DNA from: Octopus sinensis
Taxonomy: Eukaryota
DNA: 64,000 nucleotides
Assembly: GCF_006345805.1 (NCBI RefSeq)
Contig: NC_043005.1
Location: 91,388,001-91,452,000, forward strand
Reading direction: 5' to 3'
A program made the position numbers and the translations under genes. Numbering within the stretch: position 1 is the stretch's first letter; every line of letters starts with the position of its first letter. The notes below the pieces were generated by a model, which was given only the letters and a program-made list of their open reading frames with translations, searched no databases and had not been told where the DNA came from. Below, piece by piece: positions 1 to 12,310 of this stretch.

Positions 1-849
1 GTCTTATGCTAACATGGTCTACTTCCTGGCTTCATTTTCTACTCTTCCCTTATTTATACAAACCACTTAGACATATTTTATTTCTGGGGTACATTTAACA
101 TTTAGTTATCATCAGATAATACTTATCTATTTTACACCATTGTATACCACTCAAAAACAAACTTCGATGTCTTTCAATCTTGAGTCTCCTTGAATTTTTT
201 CAAATTTCGTTTATCAAAGGCCACAATGTATCTAATGAGACTGACCATATTGTTTAGATTTAGTCTTTCTACTACCATTGTGCTGACTCAACTTAATGCT
301 TAACACATGTCCTATTCTTATTTTCAGTTGAGTTGTTAGAGACAGGTAAGGCATTTCTATATCTGACTGACCATAGAAAAAATTTTAATATTAGACAGTT
401 ATAGCAGGTTGGTCAATATAATCACCTATGCCTTTATACAAATGTTATAGCCTTATGCCCATGTTAGAAGTTATTATTATATAATATTTGAAGAGATGCT
501 TATTCCATTATTTTGATATTAATAATTCATCACCTTAGAACTCATAAGTTCATCAGTCTATTTTGTATTATGTTCCTCTGTTCTCTTTTAGACTGACCCT
601 TTTACTTGCTATGACAAATTAGCAGAGTCCTTAGGATGTTAGATATAATGCTTGGCAGTATTCTGATTCTGTGCTCTCTATTCAAATCCTGTCGTGGTTG
701 GCTTTGCTTTTCATCTTTTCAAAGGTCAATGATATACCAATCCAAAGCCGAAGTGATAATGCATCAAATGAGATGCCTTACAGTATCTACTCTAGCTCTA
801 TAGATTCTGAGTTCAAATCCTGCCCACTGCCATCAAGGGCATGGATGAA

Positions 850-1685
850 CAGCTAACTTGGTCACCTTGGTAATGGAAGCTATCTACTACTTCAAAGGAT
901 TCCTGCAGACATGTGAGGAAGTCTATTCTCTGTATATTCCTAGTGTCCGTTCTACCTGCACATCTGCCACAGACAAAGACTACTTTCTCAGTTAGCGTTC
1001 CCATGATACTGTTGCACTTATGTGTCCATAGCTTGCACTCGGTACACCATATTGAGTTTCTACCAACACCTTTCCTACATATCAATCAGGGCCATCTCCC
1101 TGAACAGATTTGAGCTTTGTCTGTTTTCGTACTTACTAGGACTTTGGTCTTAGCTGAATTAACTCTAAGGCCCTTAGATTTCAGTCCTTGCTTTCACACA
1201 TGAAATTTCCTCTTTTGGTCAGGTAGTGATTCAGCTATAAGAACAAGGTCATCATCATAGAGAAGCTCCCAAGGGAAACCAGTCTGAAATTCCTCTGTTA
1301 TGGCCTAGAGGGCTATGATAAACAAAGGGGTACTGAAAACTGGTCCCTGGTGGACCTCCTGTACACTAAATTCATCACTGTACTCATTGCCAACCTTCAC
1401 CTTACTGACAGCATCCTTGCAAATGGCTTTTACAGCTCTTACCAACCACACTACTATCCCTAGCTTTTGTATTGACCAGTTAAAGGCTTTCCCCAGGTCT
1501 ACAAAAGCCAAGTACAGAGGTTTGTTCTTGGCTAAATGCTTCTCTTCAATGCTAGCTGCCTTATCAGGAAGCTAACATCAGTAGTGCTTCTCCCTGGCAC
1601 AGAACAGAACTGCTTCTCATCCAGGCTAACTCACTTCCTTTTCATTTGAACTTTGACCCTTTCTTTAGTGATACTATAAGTGTTA
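850..1685 (-). mobile_element. Decayed RTE RT/PHD fragment (older subfamily)
   Basis: Minus-strand ORFs 1305-1511 (AFVDLGKAF...VHQG) and 813-1085 (CRKGVGRNSIWCTECKLWTHK...FVCGRC...VVDSFHY) align to the intact ORF. Confidence 0.88.
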
Positions 1686-4600
1686 TTGTTGTTTTTATTT
1701 AGTCCCAAGCTGGGCTTCATCAAACAGACCTGTAATGAAAAGCAATTCGAGCTATCACTATTCCATCATATTTGCAGTAGTCTATCTCAGACTACATTAC
1801 CCAATGTGTCATTTTTTTTTTTTTAAAGATTTGACTGTTATTTCTAATCAGTTGGACAACCATTTAAATGTTCCCTAAGTAGTTCCTAAAATGCAGTGTA
1901 GTGTTGCATAACATTAGCAATGGTTGTACTGTCTCTTTCGATACACACACTCAAGCTCAACCATTGTAATTCTGACTTTTTTCTCTATATCTCCATACAT
2001 ATATTAAGTCTGTGTTATAAGGAAGTGTTGTTATATCTTGCAAACTAATCCAATACCCCTCCTCTCTCTACCACTTTCTTCCTTGCTTTTGTACTTTTCA
2101 CTGCTTTTCATTCCCTCACACACACACAAACACACACATCATCCCTCCTCTCTCTCTCTCCATTACTAGCCTCTGTGCTAACCATTATGCATGCAGTCTC
2201 ACTAACAGCCTATATCCTGTTACTATGGTTACTACTGTGGAGAATTCTTTGAGAATTCTTGCACTAGACTGACATATCTTGAATTGGTAAAAATATAAAA
2301 AAATATTTCATTCTGCCGTTATTTGTTTACATCTATCAAACTACCACTGTCTTTGACACTATCACACTGTTGCTATATACACCACAATATTTATATATAC
2401 TGCATGCATAAATATGGTTGCTGGCAGTAGTGGTGGTGTCTGCTCTTGATACATGTATAAATACATGAACTATTTGCCTTCTGTGTAAATACCTAAGCTT
2501 TCATTAGCTGTGTTATATTTAATGCATACTAAGTGTATTAAGGATTCTGATTTTACGAGATGCATAAATACTATGATGGAACTAGATAGGTGACAAGATT
2601 ACATCATTTTTAATGTTCTTTAATGATAGCCACCATTTCTGCCATGATGTCCACCTTACTTTATGATACAAACTATTTTTATTCATTTAAAGGGGAACAT
2701 TGTATATAATCTATTTTGGCTCTTTCTTTCTTATTTCTTTTTCTTTTTTCTTTTTTTAGCTTTGTTTATTTCATTGTCATCATTATCATTAGAATTGTTG
2801 TCACTCATACTCTATATATTTATATTTCTGGTAATAGTTTCCATTAATTCTCACCAGATCTTACTTCATCTGCAATTATGTCAGAAGAAGAAGGAAAAAA
2901 AAACATTGATAGTGTGAGGTGTAAACTGTCTTGATCAAGACCAAATTTTATATGGTTAAAATTTAATTTGAATTATATTTTAGTGTATTAGCTGTAGGGA
3001 ACAAACGCACTAACGAGATATCAGTTTCTGTTTTGGCTAATTTATCTGAAAGAGATGGAAGAAAAGAAACGAAAAAAATATAAACAAGACAGAGTATTGT
3101 GTGTTTACTTTTGTAAGTAAACATAGACAGGGAGTAGAGTCAACAGTAGAACGAATGAGATGGTCCCCCCCTTTTTTTTTTTTATCAAATGGACTCATGT
3201 GTTTGTAGTTCATCACTGTTGTTGCTATGCTGAACAAGTGACAAGGCAGTGAAACTTCCCCTGCCCATGAATTTGACATCAGACCAAGAGAGAGAGAGAG
3301 AGAGAGAGAGAACGAGAAAAAATGACTGAGTGGTGGAAAAACTCCAAACTGATGAAGGAGCTAGTGGTTGTGGTTCTCTGTTTCATCGATATTGCCTATC
3401 ATATATGGAAAAGAATGATGGTGATGATGACAACCACAAAGATCATTATCATCCTTACGAGTTGAATGTCTCTTTTCCATTATAGATTGAATGAGGTTGC
3501 AATATTACCGTGTCTTATACACGTTCCACCTCCTCTCTGATTTCTCTCATCTTGATCTTACATCCTCTTGTTTATAAGGCCAAATCCTTTTCCAGAAATG
3601 ATGTATAAGAAAATGAAATTATTGCGTCTGAAGAAAACTGTAAGTGGTAACAGCACTATAAAATTAATGAGCATGTCATTAACTTGCAGTATCAAATCTA
3701 CCCGCTCTTCTTGCAGGTATAACTTGGAGAAGGGTTGGCTCTGCTCAGCTGAATTGCCCTAGATAAAATTACATAAAGTCTAAATCTTCAGTAATACCCA
3801 TACTTGCCAATGGATTTAAGGAATACACCATTTCCTCACAATAACCACAGTAACTAGAGAGGCTATCTTTTTTTTTTTTCTTCTCTACGTTTCAGTCTTT
3901 TGAGTAAAAATATATCTAAGATGTAAAACTAACAGTGATGATACTCTGCTGATATAACCTTTAAAAAATTTGCATTATGTTGTCGCTGATGTTTAACCGT
4001 ATTTGTTTATGTCTCTGTCTGGTATACAATGTCTTTTAGGTTAGCTATTCCATAAGAAGCTTTCCAGAGTGTTCATATCCTGTTACAGAAATGCTTCAGA
4101 ATTCTTCGCCCTTGTCCAACATCCCCAATTTTATTCATTGATACATAGCTGGTTCTGTTTGCCTTGTGGTTGTAAACGGTTGGCAGGTGGTTAAGGAAAG
4201 AGGGAGAAAGAGAAAACAGGTAGACAGAACAGAGCTTTTGTATTTTTGAGTTTTGACCTTAGCACCTTTCCTTGGTCAGTGACTCACTTTGATAATGCTG
4301 TCTCTTGTAATATGAGGTAGCTCTTGTTTATATTTTCTTGTTGTATCTGGTGCTTTAATAATGACAATAGTGTTAGCTAATCCTTCCTTTTGTGGTGAAC
4401 TATTTGGGTTCTCTTTTATATCAACTACTTTTCTATTGGCGTTGAATATATGTAATGCCACTTCTTTCTGTTTTTCACAATTTGGTTTAGTTCAAAAGGT
4501 AGCACTATTCATTAAAGTCTGTTTAGTTCTACTTGCACAGGTGGAGCTGATTTTCCCAACTCATTTACTAACATTTGAACAGCAGTATGGCATAAAAATA

Positions 4601-5032
4601 AAAAATACCATTAGTTTAGCTCTTATTGTAGAAAAAGCTACTAGTGTTGCTGTTGCTGTCCCAACTACTGTTTCTACTAACATTATTTGGAAGGAGACGG
4701 GCTTGCAAAATCATTAAAGTATTGGGCGGCGGGGCTTTGCAGTATTTATTCTGGCACTTTATCTTCTGATTTCAAACTTTCCCTTTCATCTCTTTGAGGT
4801 CAATAAAATAAAATACCAACCAAATACTAGGTTTGATTGAATCAACTAACACCCTCCACTCAATTTTTGCTGGCCTTGTTCCTATATCAGAAACTATATG
4901 CTTAGCAGCATTTCATCAAGTACCAGTTGATTACTGGCGTCATTGTAATTGACTTACTCTCTCCCTTGAAATTGCTGGCCATGTGCCAAAATTTGAAACC
5001 ATTATCAACATCATCATCATTATTATTATTAC

Positions 5033-5400
5033 TACCTCCACCTTACCGAAGGCAGAGGTATTGTTTTCAGTCATGTTTGTTTGTTTGTCCTTGGACAAGA
5101 TAACTCAAGAACTGCTGGATGTATTTGGATGAAACTTTCAGGCATGTTTGGCCTTGTGACTGGCATGATCCGATTAGATTTTGGCATCGATCTGGTATTG
5201 GTCAAGGATTCTAGATTATTTTTCCTGTTTTTTTACTTAATTTTTGAGAGCAGTCAGGTTCATTTTTAGTATTCTCATTATTTGTGAGAGCAGTCGAGTT
5301 TATTTCTGATATTCTCATTTTAAAAATCATCTCTGGCTAATCGTTGAGAGGATGCTGGTGTTGCCTTGGCGGAGGTTTCCGCTTTCTGAGTGCTCTTGTT
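5033..5400 (+). mobile_element. Helentron-associated non-autonomous element (HINE/DINE-1-like)
   Basis: 5' acctccacc...gaggt hairpin, (TTTG)n, subterminal inverted repeat ccttggcggaggt (5364-5376), 3' stem-loop gctttctgagtgc, T-rich flanks. Confidence 0.62.
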
Positions 5401-5713
5401 GTTGTTGTTATTACTATTGTTATTACAAATTCAGGGAGCATTAAAAAAAAAAACAATTAGAAATAGTTGTGCAGTGAAAAAAGGACAATGCTAATGTGTA
5501 ATTAATATTATTTTAATTATTCTGAAAAGTATGGGAGACAACTCTATGTATGTTTTGGTTTGATTAGACTGCCTTAGTGTGGGAAGCAGGCAGAATCTTT
5601 AGCATGCCAGTTAAATTGCTTAGTAGCATTTTACAGAACTTTACATTCTAAGTTCAAATTCCAAGGTTGACTTTGCTTTTCATCCTTTTGGAGTCAATGA
5701 AATAAGTACCAGT

Positions 5714-5945
5714 AAGGCAGCAAGCTGGCAGAAGCGTTAGCACGCCGGACGAAATGCTTAACGGTATTTCGCCTGCCGCTACATTCTGAGTTCAAATTCC
5801 GCCAAGGTCAACTTTGCCTTTCATCCTTTCGGGGTCGATAAATTAAGTACCAGTTATGCACTGGGGTCAATGTAATCGACTTAATCCGTTTGTCTGTCCT
5901 TGTCTGTCCCTTCTGTGTTTAGCCCTTGTGGGTAGTAAAGAAATA
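5714..5945 (+). mobile_element. tRNA-derived SINE (young) with 15-bp target-site duplication, nested in an older SINE
   Basis: aaggcagcaagctggcagaa...ttctgagttcaaattcc (B-box-like)...cctttcatcctttcggggtcgataaattaagtaccag; TSD gaaataagtaccagt at 5699-5713 and 5946-5960. Confidence 0.85.
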
Positions 5946-6865
5946 GAAATAAGTACCAGTCGAACACTCCAAAATGTCAGGCTGCTTATATAATAGAAAG
6001 GATTATAATTGTTATTATGTTGAGATAGCTAATCTCCTAAGCTGTGATTCAGCTCATCTAACATGTTCCCTCTGCAATCTTTATCAGAATTTTTGGATAA
6101 TCAAAATAAAACTGGGCAGAAATTTAAATATGGTCTGCTTAGCAATTCATTGACACTCTAAAACGAGTGTCTTGGGCTAGATTTTGTTACGACTTAACAT
6201 GCTATACTGTAGTTGTGGGTCACTTCCAAGCATATGATTGGTTTGCTCCCTGTCGTAGATCTACTCAACTGAGACCAAACTGGAAGTGGGGATCTAAAAC
6301 GCCACATAGTCTGCTGGCTTCTGTCAGAGAGCTGACCATATATATGCACCAATATCTGCAGGACTGGTCAAGTTTTTTTTGTTTTTTTTAAACTAGGAAG
6401 TTGCTTGTGTATGCTACTTCCTCACCCAAGCCACCAGTTTTGTCCAGTGCTAAGGCTTTGCTTAATGTATGATACAGCTTGGCACCACCAGTCTCACTGC
6501 AGGTATTGCTGCCAGAACACAAAACCTTAGTATAGATACCACAAAACATCTCATTTGACACTTTAATAGTTTTGCCAATCCGCCATCCTGGATTCTCAGA
6601 TTGGTATTTTTTTTTTTTTTTTAACTGCTGGAAGGATGAAAGGCAAAATTGAGCTCAGCAGACTTTGAACTCAAAGCACAGTGGGTTGGAGCAAATATTG
6701 TCAGGTATCTTATCCAACATTCTATCTCTTCCAGTTTGCACACTGACACATGAAATAGAGATGCAAAAACCAGATTGTACAACAAAATGGATGTCCACAC
6801 TCCTCACAAGCAAATATTACCATTTTTTCCTGCATACAAGTTGATGTATTATATATTGTAAATAT

Positions 6866-7240
6866 CATCATCATCAGCATCATTGTTTAACGTCCACTTT
6901 CCATGCCAGCATGGGTTGGACGATTTGACTGAGGACTGGCGAACCAGATGGCTGTGCCAGGCTCTAATCTGATCTGGCAGAGTTTCTACAGCTGGATGCC
7001 CTTCCTAACGCCAACTACTCCGAGAGTGTAGTGGGTGCTTTTTATGTGCCACCGGCACGAGGGCCAGTCTGGTGGTACTGGCAATGGCCACGCTCGAAAA
7101 CAGTGTTTTTTACATGCCACCTGCACAGGAGTCAGTCCTGCAGCACTGGCAACGACCTCGCTTGAATGTTTTGTTCACATGCCAGTCAGGCAACGCTGAC
7201 AACGATCACGCTCAAATGGTGCACTTTATGTGCCAGACAG
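6866..7240 (-). mobile_element. RTE 3'UTR fragment
   Basis: (CAT)n + gtttaacgtccactttccatgccagcatgggttgg...gcccttcctaacgccaactactccgagagtgtagtgggtgc, the reverse complement of the LINE 3' end. Confidence 0.82.
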
Positions 7241-7244
7241 CTGC

Positions 7245-7400
7245 TCTTATTCAAACATCGTTACTGTCTTTGCAAATCCTACTGCATTTCACATGGAATT
7301 TTTGGTCCTCCAAAGTTGTCTTGGTGTGTAAGTCGACCTAACTTTTCTGAAAAATTTGACTTGTGTGACAGAAAACATAATTTATGATTGAAACAGTTCA
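7245..7400 (-). mobile_element. Interspersed repeat fragment (pogo-like MITE end?), second copy at ~38850-39000 (+)
   Basis: aggtcgacttacacaccaagacaactttggaggaccaaaaattccatgtgaaatgcagt is shared in opposite orientation with 38910-38975; the family assignment is tentative. Confidence 0.5.
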
Positions 7401-7908
7401 TAACTATTGCACTTGTTAGCTGGGTCACTTTTAATTATTTAGTTAAATACTTCAAACCATAAATTTGCTCCAGTAGAACTGATTAACTCTCTTGCTTGCA
7501 ACCACTCGAGACATTTTCAGGTGCTGATACAAAAATGCTTGATTTCAAGTGTTTATATTGAAATTAAAAGCTACCTTTATAATTTGATGCTAGAATCTTT
7601 TACATTCTTCACACTAACTTAATTACAAAATAGTTATTTTGCTAAATCTCATCAAATTCTTTATTTTCAAAAAGAATTGAAACATCTACACCATGTGCTT
7701 CATTAAGAAACATAGTCCCAAAAGGAGTTTAAGATACTTTGCAACATATCACGTAAGGAGTATTACCATTTTCTCAGTGATAATCAAAATAGTGTTACTT
7801 AAACATTTTTACTAGTAGCAATAATAATATTACTATGGTTATTTTATATCCTAGTTATGTGTTGTTAATATTGCAGCCACTCTTCCTCCTGACTTGTTTA
7901 CACTGCCT

Positions 7909-8152
7909 CATCATCATCATCATCATCCGTTTTCCATGCTAGCATGGGTTGGACGGTTCGACCGGGGTCTGGGAAGCCAGGAGGCTGCACCAGGCTCCAG
8001 TCTGATCTAGCAGTGTTTCTACAGCTGGATGCCCTTCCTAATGCCAACCACTCCGTGGGTGTGGTGGGTGCTTTTTACGTGCCACCAGCACAGGTGCAAG
8101 GGGAGGCTGGCAACGGCCACACGATCGGTTGGTGCTTTTTATGTACCACCTC
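7909..8152 (-). mobile_element. RTE 3'UTR fragment
   Basis: Same terminal motif and (CAT)n tail. Confidence 0.82.
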
Positions 8153-8709
8153 AGCCCACTTAATATTGATACACACCTATCACATGAACCAATGACTAGC
8201 TCTAAATGGCTGCATGGCCTTCTAGAACAGCAGCCAAGTTTCTTCAGACTCTTCCAAATGTATTTGAAATTTTTAAAGATAGCAATGTGGCCTTTGATAT
8301 ATCGCATCTGAAAGAAAAAATAAACGAGAGATCCTCATTACATTAATGTGTTCAGTTGTAGTTGTTGTTTAACCTGAGACAGCTCGTAACATGCTAGCAT
8401 ATGATTAAGGTGTTCCAGCCATGACCAACTAGCCTTAGTTTCAGGTATAATACATCTAAGATTACACCATTCAATGTGTGCTACCTTGTTTAAGATAGTA
8501 TGGCGAGAGAGAGTATTTGATGCAAATTTGGCTGATATTTCTAACCGGTCATGTGACTACGTGGAGTTACACTCCCATGTTAAACAGAAGTAGATATTGC
8601 AGTGTTAGGATAGAATTTGAATGTTCTTAAGGAATAGAATTATTTTATTATTATATACACAGCACATACACATAGTACTCACACGTGTACTACACACACA
8701 CACACACAA

Positions 8710-8770
<61 letters not shown>

Positions 8771-8774
8771 CTAG

Positions 8775-10038
8775 CTAGCTAAAACCAAAGTCCTAATAAG
8801 TAGGAAGGCAGCCAAACCACAAATTCCTTCAGGTACATGGCCCTGCTCGATCTGTAGTAGAGGTGTAGGTAGAAACTAAGAGTTGCAGTAATATCAAAGG
8901 AAGGCTAACTGGGAAGATAGTTTTTGTATGTGGTAGATGCTCGGGAGCGATAAACACTGAAAATGTGCAGAGACCAACTTCCGCCACATTCCAGGGAGAA
9001 AAACTAGAAGTAGTTGATAGCTTCCGTTATCTAGGTGACCAAATCAGTAGCAGAGGAGGGTGCACTGAAAGTGTAGCTGCTAGAATAAGAATAGCTTGGG
9101 CAGAGTTCAGAGAGCTCTGCTGGTGACAAAGGGCCTCTCGCTCAGAGTAAAAGGTAGACTGTATGATGCATGTGTACGAACAGCCATGCTACACGGCAGT
9201 GAAACATGGGCTGTGACTGCTGAGGATATGCGTAAGCTCGCAAGAAATGAAGACAGTAGGCTCCGATGGATGTGTAATGCCAGTGTGCATACTTGACAGA
9301 GTGTAAGTACCTTGAGAGAAAAGTTGGACCTAAGAAGCATTAGATGTGGTGTGCAAGAGAGACGACTGCATTGGTATGGTCATGTGGTGAGAATGGATGA
9401 GCATAGCTGTGTGAAAAAGTGCCACACCCTAGTCGCTGAGGGAACCTGTGGAAGAGGTAGACCCAGGAAAACCTGGGACGAAGTGGTGAAGCACGACCTT
9501 CGAACTTTAGGTCTCACCGAGGAAATGACTAGAGACCGAGACCTTTGGAAGTATGCTGTGTGTGAGAAGACTCGACAAGACAAGTGAGACCATAACCCAT
9601 GGCCTCTACATGGGATGTAGCCAGTCTACTTATGCATACCTTTCCTTCTTGGGACACAAAACTCTGCTTGTGAAGACCTGTTGAGGCAAGTGAGAATCAA
9701 AATCGATCAACATCAATGGAAATTGTAGCTGTGATACCAGTGCCAGTGGCACGTAAGAGAACCATCCGAATGTGGCCATTGCCAGCGCCGCCCCAACTGG
9801 CCTCCATGCCAGTGGCATGTAAAATGCACCATCCGATCGTGGCCGTTTGCCAGCCTCGTCTGGCACGTAAAAAGCACCCACTACACTCACGGAGTGGTTG
9901 GCGTTAGGAAGGACATCCAGCCATAGAAACATTGCCAGATCAGACTGGGCCTGGTGCAGCCTTCTGGCTTCCCAGACCCCAGTTGAACCATCCAACCCAT
10001 GCTAGCATGGAAAGTGGACGCTAAACGATGATGATGAT
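8775..10038 (+). mobile_element. 5'-truncated RTE LINE copy (RT motif 6 to tail)
   Basis: Begins ctagctaaaaccaaagtcc (LAKTKVL) directly after (TA)n. PHD partly deleted, frameshifts, C-terminal KTRQDK*, 3'UTR and (GAT)n tail. Confidence 0.9.
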
Positions 10039-12096
10039 ATAATGTACACACACATACATAAACATGCACTTAGTGACTAGATTATTGTTTATTACAGTTG
10101 AATAATTATTTGATGGATAAAACCTGTTTTTTTCCACCTCCTTATGTTTTTTTACCTGTTGAGCCTTCTAATCAAGAAATTACCATTCCTTAGTACCTTC
10201 AAGATGAACTTTGTGTATTTATATACATGGGCTTGTTCAAGTTTTATTCTTTGAGTCATAAATAAATTCGGGATTTTCCAACTGAGATTAATGATCATGA
10301 GTGTGTACATGCATGTGCGTTTTGTCTGGCCTTGTGCCTAAACTGAACAATTTGTTTGGTATTTCTCTTCTTTTTTTTTTCTTTTTACCCCATTACTACA
10401 TACCAGGAGGTGGAGTAATTGACTATATTAAACTGTTATGGTATTACATTAGTTGTTTACTTCATAACTTTGGCTGAGATAAACATGGAATATAAGTAAT
10501 TTGTTTAATGTTTTCTGAGCACTGACAACAGTTCTTCAGATTACTCACATACCCAAAACTGGCAATAATTTCTTCAGTTATTTGTGCTTAATGCTACTAG
10601 CACAACAGCTCCATTTGCAATGTCCAATATTAATTATATTTCTTTGAAAAGGTTATCAACCATGTCTTATATTTTCCTATATAAATAGAATTTTGGTTGA
10701 TTGTCTCAGTATGTTCTCTTGTTGCCATGACTAGGTGGTTCACTTGCTAGCCACATACTCTCAGGTTCAGTCCCACTGAGTGGCACCTTGGGTATGTGTG
10801 TTCTGCTATAGCCGAGGGTCAATCAAAGCCTTGCAAGTTGATATGATAGACAGACCCTGAATGAGGCCTGTTTTGTGTGTGTGTTAGTTTGTATTTTTTT
10901 TGCTAGTTTGTAAACAAGAGGCTCAACCAGACTTGTTTCTTTTCGGTTCTCTGCATAAAAAATTCCAGTCAGTTGATAAATGTCTACATGACTGGAAACT
11001 TAAAGTAATCACAATGGAAAATCTGCAGTTTGTAACATATTACAAGCATCATCATCATTTAGCATTCATTTTCCATGCTGGCATGAGCTGTGGGAATATA
11101 TTGTTGAGGCATTCTTTTAGAGCTAGATTCTCTTCTTGTTACTAACCCATCTTTATTTCTCAAATAAGGGATTTCTTATTCTGCATGTCTTTGAAGATAC
11201 AAAGCCAACATAAGAGCCACTGACCTGGGAAGTAATAATAATGTTACTATCCATAGCTTTGATTGGCCCAGGGTTATAGTAGAAGATGCTTGTCCAAGTT
11301 ATCATGCTGTGAAATTGAACCCAAAACCACATGGTTGGGAAGCAGACTTCTTAACCACACAGCCAGGTCTGTGCCAGTTTACATTCAAAACATAAGGAAT
11401 ACCACAACAATCTTCATCAAAAGAAAAATTGATACGGGAACCTGCCCTAAATAATAACAGCAGTACTGTTGGTATAGGGACTTAATAATATCAGAAGAAA
11501 TGTCATATAATTTTTGTTTTATTGCCAGTTATCCATTCTTTTCCATATAAGGCCACGCAATCTGCTCACGCAGCATCTTCAGAGCTTTGTCGCTAATTCT
11601 ATTCTTAACCAAATTGAAAACTGTTAACATTTTTGAAGAGGGCTGGTCCCTAGCTACATTTTGGCATTAAAAAATTGAGATTTGGTCCAGTAGAAAAAAG
11701 TTTTCATCAAAATTTGTAGCAACATTATCAGAGAGTAACGCCTCCAGTCAAGTTTAGATCTAAATAACTTTTTTATTTTAAAAGCAAAATATATTTATCT
11801 TAGCTTCAATGATAGAAGAAAGCATGAAGAATTTCATAGTTTTGATCTCATGCAACAAAAATTTATATCAAAAAAGTTGTGAGGTAAAATATCATGAAAA
11901 AAATATATATAAGTACGGTAAAAAATAGGATTTAACTACAATTAACTTATTTATTTTAAAAACAAACTATATCTTAATTAAGCTAAAATGATAGAGCTCA
12001 ATTCGAGGAATTTAATGGAATGAATCTCATGCAATGAAGTTTTAAAAGAAAAATGTTATGAGTGTTTGTTTCTCAAATTTGAGGGTGATAATCTAG

Positions 12097-12310
12097 TTAC
12101 TCTTTCACTTGTTTCAGTCATTTGACTGCAGCCATGTTGTAGCACCACCTTTAGTTGAGCAAATTGACCCCAAGACTTATTCTTTGTAAGCCTAATACTT
12201 ATTCTAGTGGTCTCTTTTGCTGAACCACTAAGTTATGGGGACATAAACACACCAGCATCAGTTGTCAAGCGATGTTGGGGGGACAGACACACAAACACAC
12301 ACACACACAC
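12097..12310 (-). mobile_element. CORE-like SINE, 3' half (split by the RTE insertion)
   Basis: tactctttcacttgtttcagtcatttgactgcagccatg...gttgtcaagcgatgttggggggacagacacacaaacacac; joins 15331-15485. Confidence 0.7.

Noticed and set aside
3349-3355. Isolated CTGATGA hammerhead-core heptamers (also 45127-45133 and several on the - strand)
   Set aside because: No helix II followed by GAAA and NUH, so these are chance matches.
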